Shown here: positions 10,593 to 20,780 of the stretch, piece after piece
Layout of the letters: every line of letters begins with the position of its first letter
Position numbering within the stretch: position 1 is the stretch's first letter
NCBI GenBank assembly: GCA_041744775.1
Contig: JBGTKE010000186.1
Location: 1 to 38,227 of the forward strand
Origin: Hyphomonas sp.
GTDB lineage: Bacteria > Pseudomonadota > Alphaproteobacteria > Caulobacterales > Hyphomonadaceae
Reading direction: 5' to 3'
Length of the DNA: 38,227 bases
Notes under the pieces: generated by a model
Told to the model about the DNA's origin: nothing
The model's database searches: none
The model's input: only the letters and a program-made list of their open reading frames with translations
Made by a program: the position numbers and the translations under genes

Positions 10593-11174
10593 ATGACCAA
10601 ACTGAAAACCTTCCTGACAGCGTTCGCGCTGGCAGTTGCCGCAGTCTTCACCATCGCCCCCGCGGCAATGGCACAAGGCACCGTGATCATGGTGATCGAC
10701 GAGGGCCGCATCCTTGGCGACAGCAAGGCTGGCAAAGACATGTTCACGAAACTCAAGAACATCGAGAACCAGATCAATGCCGAAATGAAGCCCACCCGCG
10801 ATTCGCTGGAAGCCGAGCGCCAGACCTTGGCGACGCAGCTGCAAGGCAAGACCCGCGAAGCCATCGTGGCCGATGCTGCGCTGGTCAAGAAGATCGAAGA
10901 CTTCCAGAAAAAGACCAACGATTTCGCGCAGAAGCGCACGACGCTTTCGCAGGAATATGCCGCCACCGAGCAGAAGTCGTTCATGGATTTCAACTCGGCG
11001 CTGGAGCCCGTCCTTCTCGAGGTCGTGAAAGAGAAGAAAGCTCAAGTGGTCCTGTCCAAGAGCCAGGCTGTGTTCACGGCAGATACCGTGGATGCCACTT
11101 CGGCAATCGTTGCCAAACTTGACCAGAAGACCCCGTCGATCACGGTCGTTCGCCAGCGCGCTCCGGCGCAGTAA
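10593..11174 (+). CDS. skp: OmpH/Skp family periplasmic chaperone
   Basis: Signal peptide, VIDEGRILGDSKAGK, long coiled coil, DATSAIVAKLD. Lies between bamA and lpxD, SD GAGGA. Confidence 0.88.
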   Translation: MTKLKTFLTAFALAVAAVFTIAPAAMAQGTVIMVIDEGRILGDSKAGKDMFTKLKNIENQINAEMKPTRDSLEAERQTLATQLQGKTREAIVADAALVKKIEDFQKKTNDFAQKRTTLSQEYAATEQKSFMDFNSALEPVLLEVVKEKKAQVVLSKSQAVFTADTVDATSAIVAKLDQKTPSITVVRQRAPAQ

Positions 11175-11189
11175 AAGGATCGCCTGGCC

Positions 11190-12206
11190 GTGTCAGTAGA
11201 TAGCCGGTTCTATGCGTCCTTGGGGGCTTTGACGCTAGGATCTGCCGCTGCACTGACGGGGTCGGAGTGTTTCGGTGACCCCAAAGCACCGGTGACAGGC
11301 ATTGCAGCCGCCGATCAGGCCAAGCCCGGTGAACTCGCCTTCATCGAAGGCGATGGCGCCGGGCAGCCGCCGCTCAGCGCGGCGCTTTCCGTCATTGCTG
11401 TGAGCGAGGCGGCGCGTGGCCGGGTGCCGGAAGGCGTTTCGTACCTGGTGTCGAAGTTTCCGCGGCACACGCACAACCAGATTGCGCGTGCGATGTTCAA
11501 GCCGCGCCATCTGCAGACACAGGAGCGGGCGGCGATATCTTCCAGCGCCCGCATTCATCCTCAGGCGGAGATTGGTCCCGGCGCCGTCGTGGGCGTTGAC
11601 TCTGCAATTGGCGAAGGGACCGTTGTTGGTCCCAATGCGGTCGTCGGACCCGGCGTCCAGATCGGCCGGAATTGTTCCATCGGCGCAAGTGCCACGGTGC
11701 ATTGCGCCTTGCTGGGTGATTATGTGACGCTGCTAGCGGGCGCCCGTATCGGAGAGACGGGCTTCGGCGTAACGCCTGGTCCGCATGGGCTCGAGGATGC
11801 GCCCCATTTCGGACGTGTGATCCTGCAGGACCATGTCACCATTGGCGCCAATACATGCATTGATCGCGGCGTGTTTGCGGACACGATCATCGGGGAACGC
11901 ACCAAAATCGACAACCTGTGCCAGATCGCCCACAACGTGGTTCTGGGACGTTCCGTCATCATGGCGGCATTCGGCGGCATTTCCGGTTCTGTGCGCGTGG
12001 GCGAGGGCTCAAGGCTTGGCGGGCGCGTGGGTGTTGCAGACCACGTAACCATCGGTGCCGGTGTCAGCCTGGCGGGGTCATCGGGTCTGTTTCGCGATGT
12101 GGCAGACGGCGAAACCTGGGGAGGAACGCCCGCAAAGCCCATTCGCCAATGGATGCGCGAAGTCGCCTGGCTCGCCAAGCAGGCCAGCGCGAAGAAGCGC
12201 GATTGA
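11190..12206 (+). CDS. lpxD: UDP-3-O-acyl-glucosamine N-acyltransferase
   Basis: Hexapeptide repeats, [29 protein letters not shown] start. Confidence 0.96.
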   Translation: MSVDSRFYASLGALTLGSAAALTGSECFGDPKAPVTGIAAADQAKPGELAFIEGDGAGQPPLSAALSVIAVSEAARGRVPEGVSYLVSKFPRHTHNQIARAMFKPRHLQTQERAAISSSARIHPQAEIGPGAVVGVDSAIGEGTVVGPNAVVGPGVQIGRNCSIGASATVHCALLGDYVTLLAGARIGETGFGVTPGPHGLEDAPHFGRVILQDHVTIGANTCIDRGVFADTIIGERTKIDNLCQIAHNVVLGRSVIMAAFGGISGSVRVGEGSRLGGRVGVADHVTIGAGVSLAGSSGLFRDVADGETWGGTPAKPIRQWMREVAWLAKQASAKKRD

Positions 12207-12245
12207 GCAGTGGCGCGGGCCCTGTTCCGCTGGTAACTGGACACT

Positions 12246-13037
12246 ATGACCGCAACAATCCATCCCACTTCAGTCGTCGAAGCGGGCGCCGTGTTGCAGG
12301 ACGGCGTCACGATCGGCCCGTTCTGCCATGTCGGCGCGAATGTGGAGCTCGGCGCGGGCACCCGCCTGATTTCGCACGCAAGTGTCATCGGCAACACGCG
12401 TGTCGGAGACGGTTGTACGCTCCATCCCTACGCTTTGCTCGGCGGATTGCCGCAAGTCATCGGGATGACGGAACAATTCGAGTCCCGTCTAGAAGTCGGC
12501 AATGGCTGTGTGTTTCGCGAATATGCGACGGCGCACACCGGCATGCCCAAGTTCGGCGGCCTGACAAAGGTTGGTGCGGACTGCTACATCATGATCGGGG
12601 CGCACATCGCGCATGACTGCCGGATCGGCGACAATGTCGTGATGGCCAACAATGTCTCGCTGGCGGGGCATATTGAAGTCGGCGACAATGTCTGGTTCGG
12701 AGGTTTGTCGGCCGTTCACCAGTTCAGCCGGATCGGGCGGAATGCCTTCATAGGTGGCGGAGCAATCGTCGTCGAGGATGTGATCCCGTTCGGGTCTGTC
12801 GTCGGCAATCACGCAAAGCTGGCGGGCCTGAACATGGTTGGCCTGAAACGCCGGGGCTTCTCGAAGGCCGACCTTCAGGAAATCCGCTCAGCCTACAAGG
12901 CCGTCTTTGAGGGAAATGGTCTGTTCAAGGATCGTCTCGAAGCTGCAGCGTCAAAGTTCTCCGGCAAGACGCTTGCGATGGAACTGATTGACTTCATTCG
13001 CGAAGGCGGCGACCGACCCATCTGTAAGCCGGGGTGA
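12246..13037 (+). CDS. lpxA: UDP-N-acetylglucosamine O-acyltransferase
   Basis: IHPTSVVE, IGPFC, HIAHDC, LAGHIEVGD, VHQFSRIG, GLNMVGLKRRGF. Confidence 0.97.
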   Translation: MTATIHPTSVVEAGAVLQDGVTIGPFCHVGANVELGAGTRLISHASVIGNTRVGDGCTLHPYALLGGLPQVIGMTEQFESRLEVGNGCVFREYATAHTGMPKFGGLTKVGADCYIMIGAHIAHDCRIGDNVVMANNVSLAGHIEVGDNVWFGGLSAVHQFSRIGRNAFIGGGAIVVEDVIPFGSVVGNHAKLAGLNMVGLKRRGFSKADLQEIRSAYKAVFEGNGLFKDRLEAAASKFSGKTLAMELIDFIREGGDRPICKPG

Positions 13038-13041
13038 CGAG

Positions 13042-13893
13042 ATGAGTGCGCCGCTTGGCCTGATTGCTGGACTCGGTGACTTGCCCGTCGCGATAGCCGA
13101 GAACGCAGTCGCAACCGGGCAGGGGGTCCATGTGCTCCGCCTGAAGGGCTTTGAAGAGCCGAGGCTGGCCGGTTATCCGGGCAGCGTGGTGGGGCTTGGC
13201 GAAGTTGGCGCGGTCATCAGTCGTTTGCGCGATGCAGGTTGCCGCGACTTGGTGTTCGCGGGAAATGTCAGCCGCCCGAATTTTTCTGACCTGAAGCTCG
13301 ATCTAAAAGGCGCCGCGCTGTTGCCCAGGGTTCTGAGCGAAGCACGCAAAGGCGATGATGCGCTGCTGCGCGTTCTGGTGGATGAATTCGAGAAGAACGG
13401 TTTCAACGTCATCGGCAGTGAGCAGGCGCATGCCAGCCTTCTTGCGCCGGCCGGTCTGATTGCGGGGCCGCCGCCGTCAAAGTTGCACCTTGCCGATCTG
13501 GAAGTGGCGGCCCGCGTCGCGTTGGCCAGCGGCGCACTGGACATCGGCCAAGCCTGTGTCGTGTGCGATGGCCTCGTCCTCGCAGTGGAAGCACAGGAGG
13601 GGACTGACGAGATGCTTCGCCGCTGCGCGGCGTTGCCCGAAACAATTCGCGGCCGGGACGGCGCGCGACGCGGGGTGCTCGTCAAGCGGCCCAAGCCTGT
13701 TCAGGAGCGGCGCATCGACCTGCCCACCACTGGTGTCTCGACGGTCGAGCTGGCGGCGGCGGCCGGTCTGGCAGGCATTGGTGTCGAGGCGGGTGGGGCA
13801 CTGATGCTCAACCGTCCGGCGATGGAAGCCCGGGCGGCATCTCTGGGTTTGTTCCTGTACGGATTTCCTGCAGATCTTGGCGCGACCTTGTGA
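13042..13893 (+). CDS. lpxI: UDP-2,3-diacylglucosamine pyrophosphatase LpxI (DUF1009)
   Basis: LGLIAGLGDLP, GDDALLR, LDIGQACVV, AVEAQEGTD, KPVQERRIDLPTTG. Located between lpxA and lpxB. Confidence 0.92.
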   Translation: MSAPLGLIAGLGDLPVAIAENAVATGQGVHVLRLKGFEEPRLAGYPGSVVGLGEVGAVISRLRDAGCRDLVFAGNVSRPNFSDLKLDLKGAALLPRVLSEARKGDDALLRVLVDEFEKNGFNVIGSEQAHASLLAPAGLIAGPPPSKLHLADLEVAARVALASGALDIGQACVVCDGLVLAVEAQEGTDEMLRRCAALPETIRGRDGARRGVLVKRPKPVQERRIDLPTTGVSTVELAAAAGLAGIGVEAGGALMLNRPAMEARAASLGLFLYGFPADLGATL

Positions 13894-15065
13894 TGTCTCT
13901 CTATGTCGTTGCCGCTGAAGCCTCCGGCGACCTTCTGGCGCGTGAAGTCGTTGAACAGGTGCTCAGGAAAGCGCCCGGCACCATCATCGATGGCGTTGGC
14001 GGGGCTGAACTCGCTGCGGTTGGCGTGCGGTCTTCCATCGATTTGTCGCCGTTGTCGGTTTTCGGGATATTCGAAGGTATCAAAGTCTACCGCGAAGCCA
14101 TCCGACTGGCAGATGCGGTCGCAAACGACATTTGTGTGAATCGACCCGGTGTCGTCGTGCTGGTGGACTCCTGGGGCTTCATGCTCCGTGTAGCGCAACG
14201 CGTGCGACGCCGCGATCCGTCGATCCGGATTGTCAAACTCATCGGACCGCAAGTCTGGGCCGCGCGGCCCGGCCGCGCCGAAACGCTGGCCGCCACAGTC
14301 GATCACCTGCTGTGCATGCACGAGATCGAAATACCGTTTTACGAGCCCTTCGGCCTCAAGGTGACCGTGATTGGCAACCCCGCGCTTACCCGGAGCGAAA
14401 AGGGTGACGGGGCTGCGTTTCGCGCCTCACTCAATATAGCGCCGGACGAGCCGGTTCTCCTGGTCTTGCCCGGGAGCCGCCGCAGCGAGATTGCCAGCGT
14501 GGCGCCGGCGCTGATCGAGGCAGCGCGGCAGATCAAGACGCAACGCCCCGACGTGCGCGTGGTGGTTCAGCCTGCGTCCACAGTCCAGGACGAGTTCGCC
14601 GCGCGTTTTCCGGATATTGCGGGCTGGGCTGAGGTCAGCACGAATGCCGGCGAGCGATACAATGCCATGGCAGCCGCGACGGTGGCGCTGGCCTGTTCGG
14701 GGACTGTGACCAGCGAAGTTGCCATACAGGGCGCACCGATGATCGTGGCCTACAAGACGGGTTGGATCACATGGGCGCTCGCGCGCGCCATTCTCTACAA
14801 GAAGGTCCACATCACCTTGCTGAACATCCTCAACGATGATGCCGAAATCGTGTCGGAGTTTGTCCAGACGCGGATGAAAGCGGACCTGATTTCGGCGAAG
14901 GCACTGGAGTGGCTTTCCGATCCCGTGGAGCTGGCGGCCCAGCGGGATCGTCAGAACACGGCGCTTCAAGCGTTGGTCAGAAACGGCAAGCCCGCCGCCG
15001 AGATAGCGGCAGACGCCCTCATCGCAGAACTCAGGTCAGGTCACCGGCCCGCGATCGGCACATAG
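13890..15065 (+). CDS. lpxB: Lipid-A-disaccharide synthase
   Basis: [36 protein letters not shown]. Start is GTG 13890 or ATG 13893. Confidence 0.95.
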   Translation: MMSLYVVAAEASGDLLAREVVEQVLRKAPGTIIDGVGGAELAAVGVRSSIDLSPLSVFGIFEGIKVYREAIRLADAVANDICVNRPGVVVLVDSWGFMLRVAQRVRRRDPSIRIVKLIGPQVWAARPGRAETLAATVDHLLCMHEIEIPFYEPFGLKVTVIGNPALTRSEKGDGAAFRASLNIAPDEPVLLVLPGSRRSEIASVAPALIEAARQIKTQRPDVRVVVQPASTVQDEFAARFPDIAGWAEVSTNAGERYNAMAAATVALACSGTVTSEVAIQGAPMIVAYKTGWITWALARAILYKKVHITLLNILNDDAEIVSEFVQTRMKADLISAKALEWLSDPVELAAQRDRQNTALQALVRNGKPAAEIAADALIAELRSGHRPAIGT

Positions 15066-16345
15066 TCGCGCTTCGGTGCGCCCGTGTAGATCTGCCGGGG
15101 CCGGCCGATCTTCTGGGTGGGATCCTCGAGCATTTCGCTGAGCTGGGACACCCAGCCGACGGTCCGCGCAACCGCGAACAGCACGGTGAACATCTTGGTC
15201 GGGAAGCCCATCGCCTCGAGAATGATGCCGGAGTAGAAGTCGACGTTCGGGTAGAGCTTCTTCTCGATGAAATAGTCGTCCTGCAGCGCGATACGCTCCA
15301 GTTCCATCGCAACCTGGAGCAGGGGACTGTCGCGCAGGTCGAGGGCGTCGAGCACTTCGTAGCAGGTCTTCTGCATCACCTTGGCGCGTGGATCGTAGTT
15401 CTTGTAGACCCGGTGTCCAAAGCCCATCAGGCGGATGCCGCTGTTCTTGTCCTTCGCCATCTTGACGAATTCCGGTACCTTATCGAGCGAGCCGATTTCG
15501 CGCAGCTGGCGGAGTGCCGCTTCGTTGGCGCCGCCATGGCTGGGGCCCCAGAGGCTTGCGACGCCAGCGGCGATCGCCGCAAACGGGTGAGCGCCGGACG
15601 AGGCGACGAGGCGAACGGTCGACGTCGATGCATTCTGTTCGTGGTCAGCATGCAGCATGAAAAAGCGGTCCATGGCGCGCGCCAGGACCGGGTTGATCTC
15701 GTAGTCCTCGGCGGTGACCGAGAAGCACATGTTGATGAAGTTCTCCGAGTAGGAAAACTTGTTGAGCGGATCGATGAAGCGCTGGCCGAGATTGTACTTC
15801 ATGCAGCGCGCCGCAAGTGTCGGCAGTTTCGCAATCAGGCGGATTGAGCTGACGCGCCGTTCTTCAGGATCTTCATTGCCCATCGCGCCGGGGTAGAAGG
15901 CGGCCATGCCGCCGACAGCGCCGGTGAGCATCGCCATCGGGTGGCTGTCCCGGCGGAAGCCGTCAAAGAACCGGTCCTGCTGGGTGTGAAGCAGCGTGTG
16001 CTGGCGGATATCGCGCCAGAATGCATCGTATTCGGTCTTGTTCGGAAGCTGGCCGTTCAGGAGCAGGTAGCAGAGTTCGATATAGTTCGACTTCTCGGCG
16101 AGTTGCTCGATCGGGTAGCCGCGGTGCAGAAGGATCCCTTCGTCGCCGTCGATGAAGGTGATCTGGCTCTCGCAGCTTCCCGTCGAGGTGAAACCCGGAT
16201 CGAGCGTGAAGTGATCGGTCTCTGCGTACAGTTTGCGGATGTCGATGACGTTCGGGCCGTGCGTGCCGGAGTAAACGGGCAGATCAACCTTCTTGCCATC
16301 CACTTCCAGTTTGGCCGTGCCGGCGTTCTTTACCTTATTTTCCAT
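15041..16345 (-). CDS. gltA: Citrate synthase (type II)
   Basis: [60 protein letters not shown]. Confidence 0.98.
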   Translation of the reverse strand: MENKVKNAGTAKLEVDGKKVDLPVYSGTHGPNVIDIRKLYAETDHFTLDPGFTSTGSCESQITFIDGDEGILLHRGYPIEQLAEKSNYIELCYLLLNGQLPNKTEYDAFWRDIRQHTLLHTQQDRFFDGFRRDSHPMAMLTGAVGGMAAFYPGAMGNEDPEERRVSSIRLIAKLPTLAARCMKYNLGQRFIDPLNKFSYSENFINMCFSVTAEDYEINPVLARAMDRFFMLHADHEQNASTSTVRLVASSGAHPFAAIAAGVASLWGPSHGGANEAALRQLREIGSLDKVPEFVKMAKDKNSGIRLMGFGHRVYKNYDPRAKVMQKTCYEVLDALDLRDSPLLQVAMELERIALQDDYFIEKKLYPNVDFYSGIILEAMGFPTKMFTVLFAVARTVGWVSQLSEMLEDPTQKIGRPRQIYTGAPKRDYVPIAGR

Positions 16346-16382
16346 CAGCTCTTTCCCTGTTCAGTCCGAATGCAGCAGCGCC

Positions 16383-17852
16383 TTAGCCGGCGCCGCCGTG
16401 AATCTGGTCGTCGATCCGGCTGAGCGCTTCGTCGCGCCCGAGCCAATCCATTACCGGCGCCAGATCCGGCGCGGGAAGCCCGCCCGTCAAAGCCGCCCGC
16501 AACGGCGGACCTATCTGTCCCATAGATAGGCCTGTTGCAGTGCAATATGTCGTGATCGTTTCCGAAATGCTAGCGGTTGTCCAAGTGGCAAGACTGCGCA
16601 ATTCAGGCGAAAGCCCGTTCAGGCGTGCGATGCCCTCATCGGACAAGGCCTTTTTCGCGTTCTTGGAGATTTCCAAAGGCCTGGAAATCCGGAGAAAGCG
16701 AAACGCGGTGGCGAGCTCAACGAGGGTGGCGCCGCGGTCCTTCAGATGGGGGAGGGCGCGGCGGACCCGGGTCGCCGTTGATTCGCCGAGGGCGCTTTCG
16801 GCTGCGAGGAATGGGAGGAGGAGGTCGAACAGCCGGTCATCGTCCGCCTCCCGGATGAAGTGCGCATTGACCGTCCCAAGCTTCTCTAGGTCGAGGCGGG
16901 CAGGGGATTTGTTGATGCCACTGAGGTCGAACAGACGGATCGCCTCTTCCTCGGTGAAGATTTCCTGGTCGCCATGGCTCCAGCCGAGACGAAGCAGGTA
17001 GGCTTTCATGCCCTCAGGCAGGTAGCCGAGGTCGCGGTAGACGGTCGTCGACAAGGCGCCGTGGCGCTTGGAAAGCTTGGCGCCGTCATTGCCATGAATC
17101 ATCGGCAGGTGAGAGAAGTGCGGCACGTCCCAGCCCATCCCATCGTAGATGGGAATCTGGCGGAAGGTATTACGCAGGTGGTCGTCACCGCGAATGACGT
17201 GCGTTACGCCCATGTCGTGATCGTCAACGACAACCGCGAGCATGTAGGTCGGTGTATTGTCCGTGCGCAGCAGAACGAGGTCATCTATCTCGGAAGCATG
17301 CACCGTCACGGCGCCCTGTACGCCGTCTTCGACCACCCGGTTACCGCCATCCGGCGCGCGCAGGCGAACCGTGAAGGGCGCATCAGCGGACGGAGGCGCG
17401 CCGCCATCGCGCCAGGGAGAGCGAAACGGTGCGAGCAATGCGCCGGCTTCTGCGAGGAGCGCGCTGCGCGCCTCGTCGCCAAGTCCTTCCGCGCGGGCCG
17501 CGAGACGTTTCTCTTCTCCGAGATCCCGGCGCGCCTGCAGCTCGTCCGCGCTGACATAGCAGCGAAAGGCGGTACCGCGCGCTACCATCTCATGGGCGAC
17601 ATCCGCATGACGTCCCGCGCGGTCCGATTGCATGACCGGCGGCTCGTCCGGCGTCAGGCCGAGCCATTTCATGGCATCAAGGATGGCAGCGGTCGCCTCG
17701 GGCGTCGAACGCTCGCGGTCCGTGTCCTCGATACGGAGCAAGAACCGGCCGCCGAACCTTTTCGCGAAAAGATAGTTGAAAAGCGCGGTCCGTGCCCCTC
17801 CAATATGAAGCATCCCGGTTGGGGAGGGGGCAAATCGCGTGACGACGCGCAT
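16383..17852 (-). CDS. gltX: Glutamate--tRNA ligase
   Basis: MRVVTRFAPSPTGMLHIGGART, LRIEDTDRERS, VVDDHDMGVTHVIRGDDH, KLSKRHG. Start set at ATG 17852. Confidence 0.97.
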   Translation of the reverse strand: MRVVTRFAPSPTGMLHIGGARTALFNYLFAKRFGGRFLLRIEDTDRERSTPEATAAILDAMKWLGLTPDEPPVMQSDRAGRHADVAHEMVARGTAFRCYVSADELQARRDLGEEKRLAARAEGLGDEARSALLAEAGALLAPFRSPWRDGGAPPSADAPFTVRLRAPDGGNRVVEDGVQGAVTVHASEIDDLVLLRTDNTPTYMLAVVVDDHDMGVTHVIRGDDHLRNTFRQIPIYDGMGWDVPHFSHLPMIHGNDGAKLSKRHGALSTTVYRDLGYLPEGMKAYLLRLGWSHGDQEIFTEEEAIRLFDLSGINKSPARLDLEKLGTVNAHFIREADDDRLFDLLLPFLAAESALGESTATRVRRALPHLKDRGATLVELATAFRFLRISRPLEISKNAKKALSDEGIARLNGLSPELRSLATWTTASISETITTYCTATGLSMGQIGPPLRAALTGGLPAPDLAPVMDWLGRDEALSRIDDQIHGGAG

Positions 17853-17924
17853 GATCAGGGCATTCTCCGGGATTCGGGGCGGGACCTCCGCCGACGGGGT
17901 GCAGAAACACGAGGATGATCCCGA

Positions 17925-19991
17925 GTGCAAGGGGTAGGGCAGCCCGTACTGAGCACGCTCAAGGGCGCTTCTGCGCTTGTGAATATCGACGCGCGCCCGT
18001 TGATGTTCGCATTCGCTATCTGCGGCGGCGCGGCGACCTACTTTTCCATGCCGTTTGAGCCTGTTCTGGCCCATCTGGCCGGCGTTTCGGCACTGGCATT
18101 CGCAGTCTGGATTCTGGCCCGGCTCTGGTGGACCTCAGACACCGCGATCACCGTCGTCGTCGTCGTGCTGGGTCTTTCCGCGGGCCTACTGGCCGGCAGC
18201 CTTCGGACCCGGCTTGTGGAAGCCCCGGTCGTATCGATCGAAACCGGGCCCGCAATGGTCGAGGGATGGGTTCAGGAAGTGGAACCGGGCCGCAAAGGCG
18301 TGCGGCTCGTCATCCGGGTGCATTCGATTGCCGGAATGTCGTCCGAGGATTGGCCGGAATATATTCGTGTGACCCATACCAGCCGGTTGGAAGTCGCGCC
18401 GGGCCGCTTCGTGCGGTGCTGGTCTGTCCTGCGGCCCCCGCCGGGACCAGCGATGCCGGGCGAATATGACTTCCGCAGGCAAGCCTGGTTTGAGAAACTC
18501 GGCGCGGTGGGTTATGTTCAGGGACGTTGCCGGGGCGGCACGCTGGGGGCGCCCGCGGATGTTGCCGGGAAGGCCTCCCTTGCACTCGGCGCGGCGCGCC
18601 GGAATCTTGCTTTGCAGGTAGTTGAGGCCGCAGGCGAACGATCTGGCGGATTTGCCGCGGCTCTGGTGTCGGGGGACCGAAGCTTCATGCGCCCCGAGGA
18701 CGCCGAGGCCTTGCGGGATACCGGGCTTGCGCATCTGCTGGCGATTTCGGGTCTGCATCTCTCGATAGTCGGGGGACTGGTCTTCCTGCTCGTGAAGCGG
18801 ACGCTTGTGCTCATCGAACCCCTCGCCTTGCGGGTCGCGGTGCAGAAGCCCGCCGCCGTGATCGCGCTGATCGCGTGTCTGGCTTATCTTATTGTGTCTG
18901 GCGCGAGTGTGGCCACGCAGCGCGCCTTCATCATGGCCGCAATCGTTTTCGGAGCCGTGATCTTCGACCGCTCAGCCATCAGTCTGCGGACATTCGCCAT
19001 CGCGATGATCGCCGTTGTCCTGCTGCAGCCCGAGAGTGTGGTCACGCCGGGATTTCAGATGTCGTTCGCAGCTACGGGCGCGCTGATCGCTGCTTATGAA
19101 CTTTGGAGGAACCGGCGCGCGGGTGAGGAGCGGGTACTGGGACCTGTCGCTTTCAGCTGGGCCTCAATTGCCATGACGTCGCTCGTGGCAGGGCTCGCGA
19201 CAATGCCCTACGCGCTTTTTCATTTCGACCGCGCTGCGCCTATCGGGTTTGTTGCCAACCTGGCCGCGATGCCGGTCGTGACGTTTCTTTCCGCGCCATC
19301 GGCGGCGGTGGCCTTCATTCTCGCGCCTTTCGGCTATTCCGAAATCGGGTTGCGCCTGTTTGGCTACAGCCTGGAAATGGTTCTGGCGGTGGCGCATTTC
19401 TTCTCCCGATTTTCCGAAGAAGCCGGTGCTTCCGATCGTTCGATGCCGGCGGCTTCATTGCTGCTTGCAACGGCGGCGCTGGCCGCGTTCATCGCCTTGA
19501 GAGGCACATTGCGCTTCACGGCGACCGCTGCACTGGCCGCGGCGTGCCTCTGGGGGTGGAGCATGACGCCCCGGTTTGTGGCGCACTGGTCGGCGTCCGG
19601 CGACCTGTTTGTCGCGAAACCGTCGGGCGGCATCGAGCGCCTCGCGCTCGCCAAAGGCAACAGTCTGGCACCGCTACGCTTCGCGAAGGCGGCCGAAGCC
19701 ACCTGTAACGAAGCTGACTGCGAGTTTCTGACGCCTTCCGGAGTCCGGATAACAGTATTGAAAGAACCTGATCTGTCGGTCTGCTTCGTTCCGGCGGGCG
19801 ACGAGCTTGTTTCGGGCTGCACGCCCGACAGCGGTACAGGAGGCCTGACATGGACATGGACAGAGATCGCTGGAAGCGGCGGTCAGACGGTCTATCTAGA
19901 TGGCCAGACGCTACGGGTCACGACGACGCCTCAATGCGGGGCACGCCCCTGGCATCCCTGTCCGGCGCCGGCCGTGAGCCAGGCACCCTGA
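17925..19991 (+). CDS. comEC: ComEC/Rec2 family competence protein (DUF4131 + Competence domains)
   Basis: PGEYDFRRQAWF, GLAHLLAISGLH, SGASVATQRA, PGFQMSFAA. GTG start with GAGGA upstream. Confidence 0.92.
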   Translation: MQGVGQPVLSTLKGASALVNIDARPLMFAFAICGGAATYFSMPFEPVLAHLAGVSALAFAVWILARLWWTSDTAITVVVVVLGLSAGLLAGSLRTRLVEAPVVSIETGPAMVEGWVQEVEPGRKGVRLVIRVHSIAGMSSEDWPEYIRVTHTSRLEVAPGRFVRCWSVLRPPPGPAMPGEYDFRRQAWFEKLGAVGYVQGRCRGGTLGAPADVAGKASLALGAARRNLALQVVEAAGERSGGFAAALVSGDRSFMRPEDAEALRDTGLAHLLAISGLHLSIVGGLVFLLVKRTLVLIEPLALRVAVQKPAAVIALIACLAYLIVSGASVATQRAFIMAAIVFGAVIFDRSAISLRTFAIAMIAVVLLQPESVVTPGFQMSFAATGALIAAYELWRNRRAGEERVLGPVAFSWASIAMTSLVAGLATMPYALFHFDRAAPIGFVANLAAMPVVTFLSAPSAAVAFILAPFGYSEIGLRLFGYSLEMVLAVAHFFSRFSEEAGASDRSMPAASLLLATAALAAFIALRGTLRFTATAALAAACLWGWSMTPRFVAHWSASGDLFVAKPSGGIERLALAKGNSLAPLRFAKAAEATCNEADCEFLTPSGVRITVLKEPDLSVCFVPAGDELVSGCTPDSGTGGLTWTWTEIAGSGGQTVYLDGQTLRVTTTPQCGARPWHPCPAPAVSQAP

Positions 19992-19994
19992 CCC

Positions 19995-20675
19995 TCAGTC
20001 GTATTTGCGGACCAGGGAGACGAGCCGGCCTTGAACTTCCACACGGTCGGGGCCGAAGATGCGCGTCTCGTAGGCAGGGTTTGCAGCTTCCAGCGCAACA
20101 GATGCGCCCTTTCGCCGAAGGCGCTTGAGCGTTGCTTCCTCGCTGTCGATCAGCGCCACGACAATATCGCCGGTCTGAGCGCTGTTGGTGCGTTTTAGGA
20201 TCACAATGTCACCATTCAGGATGCCGGCCTGGATCATCGAGTCGCCTTGCACTTCGAGCGCAAAATATTCCCCGCCATCGTCGAACTCTGCCGGGGCCGG
20301 GACGTGACCGTTATCCTGCTGGATCGCCGAAATCGGCGAACCGGCCGCAATACGTCCGACCAGCGGTATCATGCCGGGGCGGTAGCTTTCGGAGACCTGG
20401 TTGGCGACCAGCGCGGGTTTGAAATCCCGGCGCGAGCGGCTCGCGGGCGATGGCGCGGCTGAATCAGGAAGTTTCAGGACTTCCAGCGCGCGCGCCCGGT
20501 TCGGGAGGCGGCGGATGAAGCCGCGCTCTTCCAGGGCGGTAATCAGCCTGTGAATGCCGGACTTCGACGCGAGATCGAGAGCTTCCTTCATCTCGTCGAA
20601 TGACGGCGAAACGCCCGACTCGCGAATGCGGTCATTGATGAACAGGAGCAGTTCTTTTTGCTTGCTGGTGAGCAT
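19995..20675 (-). CDS. lexA: SOS repressor LexA
   Basis: [44 protein letters not shown], cleavage site IAAG, GDSM (Ser), ATLKR (Lys). Confidence 0.98.
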   Translation of the reverse strand: MLTSKQKELLLFINDRIRESGVSPSFDEMKEALDLASKSGIHRLITALEERGFIRRLPNRARALEVLKLPDSAAPSPASRSRRDFKPALVANQVSESYRPGMIPLVGRIAAGSPISAIQQDNGHVPAPAEFDDGGEYFALEVQGDSMIQAGILNGDIVILKRTNSAQTGDIVVALIDSEEATLKRLRRKGASVALEAANPAYETRIFGPDRVEVQGRLVSLVRKYD

Positions 20676-20702
20676 GGCGGGGGCCTTCCAGAGTGATTCT
20701 GT

Positions 20703-20727
20703 GTTCACAACTGTTCTATGTGTGTTC
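20703..20727 (-). promoter_or_regulatory. Alphaproteobacterial LexA box (SOS box) upstream of lexA
   Basis: GTTC-TATGTGT-GTTC at 20713-20727 matches GTTC-N7-GTTC. An extra GTTC lies at 20703-20706. Confidence 0.88.
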
Positions 20728-20780
20728 TCGTTTCGGGTCAACCGTTTGTGGAACGTTTCCGGCGGCAGTAGCCAAAAAAG

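Noticed and set aside
17853-18074. N-terminal extension of GltX overlapping comEC
   Set aside because: The conserved GluRS start (xxTRFAPSP) is at 17852, and the extension is antisense to the comEC 5' end.
17871-20699. GANTC (CcrM) sites upstream of gltX/comEC (17871) and lexA (20695)
   Set aside because: Single 5-mers occur by chance, and no methylation or conservation data are available to support a regulatory role.
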